The notes under the pieces are model-generated. The model worked only from the letters and a program-made list of their open reading frames with translations, searched no databases and had not been told where the DNA came from. Positions 6,952-9,519 of a stretch of 9,519 bases of DNA are shown piece after piece (positions within the stretch are counted from its first letter, which is position 1; each line of letters begins with the position of its first letter). The stretch is from Candidatus Odinarchaeota archaeon (GTDB lineage Archaea > Asgardarchaeota > Odinarchaeia > Odinarchaeales > Odinarchaeaceae). Made by a program: the position numbers and the translations under genes. The stretch lies in contig JAWBON010000046.1 of NCBI GenBank assembly GCA_038826135.1, positions 1-9,519 on the forward strand. The letters run 5' to 3'.

Positions 6952-7115
6952 CCTCCAATAATATTTGAATCATGTTTCAATAAAACTTAGATATTGATAA
7001 TATATAGAACAGCGGTTAATATAAAATATTTCAAATTAAAGAAAACTGGCTAATATAATGTAAACCGTATTTAACGTTATAAACACGTTTATGTAAGGGA
7101 TTTACAATAAAAGCT

Positions 7116-7220
7116 TGGAGCCTCGGGTGGGGTTTGAACCCACGATTTGTCTTAAAAGCGCAGGGCTTTTAATCCAACAGCTTACGAGGCTGCCGCTCCA
7201 CCGGGCTGAGCTACCGAGGC
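7116..7220 (-). tRNA. tRNA-Thr (anticodon CGU) with 28-nt intron and encoded CCA
   Basis: GCCTCGG/CCGAGGC acceptor stem, GCTC/GAGC D-stem, GCAGC-CT-CGT-AA-GCTGT anticodon arm, GTGGG-TTCAAAC-CCCAC T-arm, discriminator T, then CCA. The mature tRNA is 77 nt after removing 7146-7173. Confidence 0.96.
7146..7173 (-). other. Non-canonical tRNA intron at position 46/47 (variable loop), relaxed BHB (HBh') motif
   Basis: Central helix TGTT/GACA, 5' bulge GG^A, 3' bulge AA^T and inner helix TTAAAAGC/GCTTTTAA. Excision restores a normal 5-nt variable region UGGUC. Confidence 0.85.
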
Positions 7221-7303
7221 TTCTGTTAAAATTATGATTTTAAATATTCGAAGTTGATTCTACGATAAATATTTTATTATCTGTGAGTATAGGTATTTTG
7301 CTA

Positions 7304-7311
7304 TTATATTA
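7304..7311 (+). promoter_or_regulatory. Putative TATA box of thiL (leaderless transcript)
   Basis: TTATATTA ends about 25 nt before ATG 7336. Confidence 0.4.
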
Positions 7312-7335
7312 AGTTGAAAGGTGTTTTTCTTGGAT

Positions 7336-8337
7336 ATGGATAGGGATATACTTGTTAGCGGTGTCGGTGAGCGGAGATTAGTGGACTTGTTTATGGAATT
7401 ACTGGGAGATAGTGGCGGTAATATTTTACCTCATCCTGATGATGCTGTAGCGGTTAGGTTCGATGGGAGTATTCTAGTTTTTAAAACTGATATGTTTGTA
7501 GCTTCAACGGATATGCCGCCTAAGATGAAGTTTTATGATGTAGGGTGGAAGACTGTTATCATGAATGTTAGCGACTTAGCGTGTAAGGGTGCTATTCCAT
7601 TATATTTCTTATCCTCTATTGGCATGCCTAAAGAGTTTAAGTTAAAAGATTCCCTCGATATCATGAGAGGTATTCGGGACGCTGCCTCCGAGTACGAGGT
7701 TAAGGTTTTAGGCGGTGATGTTGGAGAGTGTGATGACCTTGTGGTTTCAGGGTTTCTCATCGGTTCCTGTCCGAGCGGGCAGCTTATGTCACGTAGAGGG
7801 GCTAAGCCAGGGGATTTAGTGGCGGTGACAGGCTGCTTCGGTTTAACATCAGCTGCGCTGAAAACTTTTATGCAAGATCTTAAGGTTGACTCTAATTTAC
7901 TCCGAGCATTCAAGGATGCTATGTTTAAACCTAAGGCAAGGGTGAAAGAGGGGGTTGCTTTAGCAAGATGCGGGGCTGTTACCGCTTCTATAGATTCATC
8001 TGATGGGCTTTTAGAATCTTTACAGGAGCTTGCGAAAGTTAATAATATAGGGTTTATAATTGAAGAGTTGCCGGTTTGTGGTGATGTAAAACGCTTTGCT
8101 GAAATGTTTGGTTACGATCTTTTAGACTTGGTTTTCAGAGGCGGAGAGGAGTATGAGCTAGTTTTGACTTTAAGACCCGGATATTTAGACGAGGCTTTAA
8201 AGGCTATGAGAAGTGTAGGTGGAGATCTTAAGATTATCGGCCGTGTTGTTGAGAAGCAGGGTGTTTTTTTCAATGAAGAGAATGGTAGAGTTGAGTTGAA
8301 AGGAGACGGTTATGAACATTTTAAAAAACGGTCTTAA
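7336..8337 (+). CDS. thiL: Thiamine-monophosphate kinase
   Basis: GERRLV, DDAVAV, KTDMFV, NVSDLACKGAIP, GGDV, RRGAKPGDLVAVTG, DSSDGL, GGEEYELVLT and GYEHF. Alternative starts are GTG 7321 and TTG 7330. Confidence 0.93.
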   Translation: MDRDILVSGVGERRLVDLFMELLGDSGGNILPHPDDAVAVRFDGSILVFKTDMFVASTDMPPKMKFYDVGWKTVIMNVSDLACKGAIPLYFLSSIGMPKEFKLKDSLDIMRGIRDAASEYEVKVLGGDVGECDDLVVSGFLIGSCPSGQLMSRRGAKPGDLVAVTGCFGLTSAALKTFMQDLKVDSNLLRAFKDAMFKPKARVKEGVALARCGAVTASIDSSDGLLESLQELAKVNNIGFIIEELPVCGDVKRFAEMFGYDLLDLVFRGGEEYELVLTLRPGYLDEALKAMRSVGGDLKIIGRVVEKQGVFFNEENGRVELKGDGYEHFKKRS

Positions 8338-8353
8338 AAATTAAAAAAAGAAA
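8336..8353 (-). terminator. Oligo(T) archaeal terminator for the minus-strand surface-protein gene
   Basis: Minus strand reads TTTCTTTTTTTAATTTTT immediately after the TAA at 8357-8355. Confidence 0.55.
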
Positions 8354-8354
8354 T

Positions 8355-9518
8355 TTAGATAATTTTCCGGTTTCTGCGTATTAAGAAGAGGGCGATGGAT
8401 AGAACCGCTATTACAATAACTGAAGCTATTATTAACACAGTCATCTCAGAGCCGAGTAAATCTCCCTGCCCACCTTCCTCCAGCACGGGGAATATTGAGA
8501 ATTGAGGATCGTTGTAAATGCTGTAACCGTCCCAGTTTTTGAAGCCTGTTGTTAAGAAGAACATTGAGGACTGTATTTCAAAGGAGGTTAATGAATCCCC
8601 TGTCGGAGTTGTGTACATGGATTCAAATGTGTATAGTGGTGTCGTTGAAGCGGGTGCACTATAACTTATATTATTCTTACCCCATGTGTAATTTAATCCG
8701 CCCATTCTTATCTCAGCTAGTTTAGCCTGCTGAGTCGTGAATGAGAATTCATCGCTTGCAGTTGAATTAGTATTTGAATCATCTAATGGGGTTTCCCCAG
8801 CGTTAAACTTGGTTTGAGCGGTTGTTGTTGTTAAATAAGTGTTATAGGATATTGCTAGCGAGCGGTTTAATAAGACTGAATTGTTAAAGTGTTTAAGGCT
8901 CCAATCTCCTATATACTGGTCTACTTTAAGTGAGGCTGATGTTGAGTTGTCTTCACTGGTTGTTACCTGGAAGTGCCCTGCGAATTTTATTTGAGTGATT
9001 GTAGACGACTCGACGGATTTTTCAAAATCCATTGTATCCAAAGTTAAGTTTGGATTATGATAGAATGTGTAAGGGCTGTAGAGAACATCACTTGCTAATT
9101 TAACAGGGTATAGGGAACCTGTTACATTATTTAGAAATACTTCAAAATCTACCGGTGTATCTAATGTAATATTCTGTGAACCTGCTTGTTGAGTTGAATT
9201 GAAGGGTCTTTGAAACACTATTTCTTCAACGCTATCTATTAGGAAGTAATGGGTTACCTCACCTGAATCAAGCGTATTGGACTGGTAGCCTACACGCGGG
9301 ACACCGTCACCGTCAGTATCGTTGAATAATAGTAGAGCAGAGTAATCAGCTTTAAACTGTACGGTGTCTGTTATTGAAGAAGTCTGATAGAGATAGTTCT
9401 CGTCAACTGTAAAGTAGAACCATGAATACTCCCATTTATTATCGTCTAGCCACCACCAGCTGCCGATGAAATCTGCTAGTGTAACATTGCTGGTTGCGAA
9501 CTTTAATAGTTCATAACC
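8355..9518 (-). CDS. C-terminal 387 aa of a membrane-anchored cell-surface glycoprotein (N-terminus beyond the window)
   Basis: The frame of track ORF 8355..9218 stays open to the window edge. It has 12 N-x-S/T sequons, a DTDGDG motif, S/T-rich segments, and a C-terminal hydrophobic helix followed by RRNRKII. Confidence 0.85.
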   Translation of the reverse strand, partial: GYELLKFATSNVTLADFIGSWWWLDDNKWEYSWFYFTVDENYLYQTSSITDTVQFKADYSALLLFNDTDGDGVPRVGYQSNTLDSGEVTHYFLIDSVEEIVFQRPFNSTQQAGSQNITLDTPVDFEVFLNNVTGSLYPVKLASDVLYSPYTFYHNPNLTLDTMDFEKSVESSTITQIKFAGHFQVTTSEDNSTSASLKVDQYIGDWSLKHFNNSVLLNRSLAISYNTYLTTTTAQTKFNAGETPLDDSNTNSTASDEFSFTTQQAKLAEIRMGGLNYTWGKNNISYSAPASTTPLYTFESMYTTPTGDSLTSFEIQSSMFFLTTGFKNWDGYSIYNDPQFSIFPVLEEGGQGDLLGSEMTVLIIASVIVIAVLSIALFLIRRNRKII

Positions 9519-9519
9519 C

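Noticed and set aside
7146-7173. Reading the insert as a long variable arm (Ser/Leu/Sec-like tRNA)
   Set aside because: The CGU anticodon, U73 and 7-bp acceptor stem indicate Thr, and BHB geometry explains the insert and restores a 5-nt variable loop.
7533-7913. Antisense ORF of 126 aa
   Set aside because: Shadow of thiL, with S/P-rich composition typical of non-coding frames.
1-9519. CRISPR array, transposase, integrase, rRNA, C/D-box sRNA
   Set aside because: I saw no regularly spaced repeats, no DDE or tyrosine recombinase ORF, and no intergenic C and D box pair.

Overview
Archaeal chromosomal window. The AT-rich DNA, TATA/BRE promoters, DUF460, Sm protein, tRNA-Thr with U73 and BHB-type intron suggest a TACK/Asgard-like archaeon, possibly Odinarchaeia (inference only). 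Gene order: 5'-truncated HxlR regulator (+), DUF460 protein (+), Sm/Lsm protein (-), endonuclease IV (+), orphan protein (-), Acr3 arsenite exporter (+), ArsR (-), internally deleted HEPN/HepT toxin pseudogene (-), MNT antitoxin (-), tRNA-Thr(CGU) (-), thiL (+), and the C-terminal part of a membrane-anchored surface glycoprotein (-). The most notable items are absent from the ORF track. (1) The tRNA has a 28-nt intron in the variable loop (position 46/47) with a relaxed bulge-helix-bulge motif. (2) A low-GC MNT-HEPN module next to the tRNA 3' end has lost the middle of its toxin gene, and a dif-like site lies between them. (3) Three successive convergent gene pairs have interlocking stop codons, and one pair is enclosed by a 13-bp inverted repeat encoding NRVT in both proteins. 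(4) A probable ArsR operator and mirror-image divergent promoters lie upstream of acr3.
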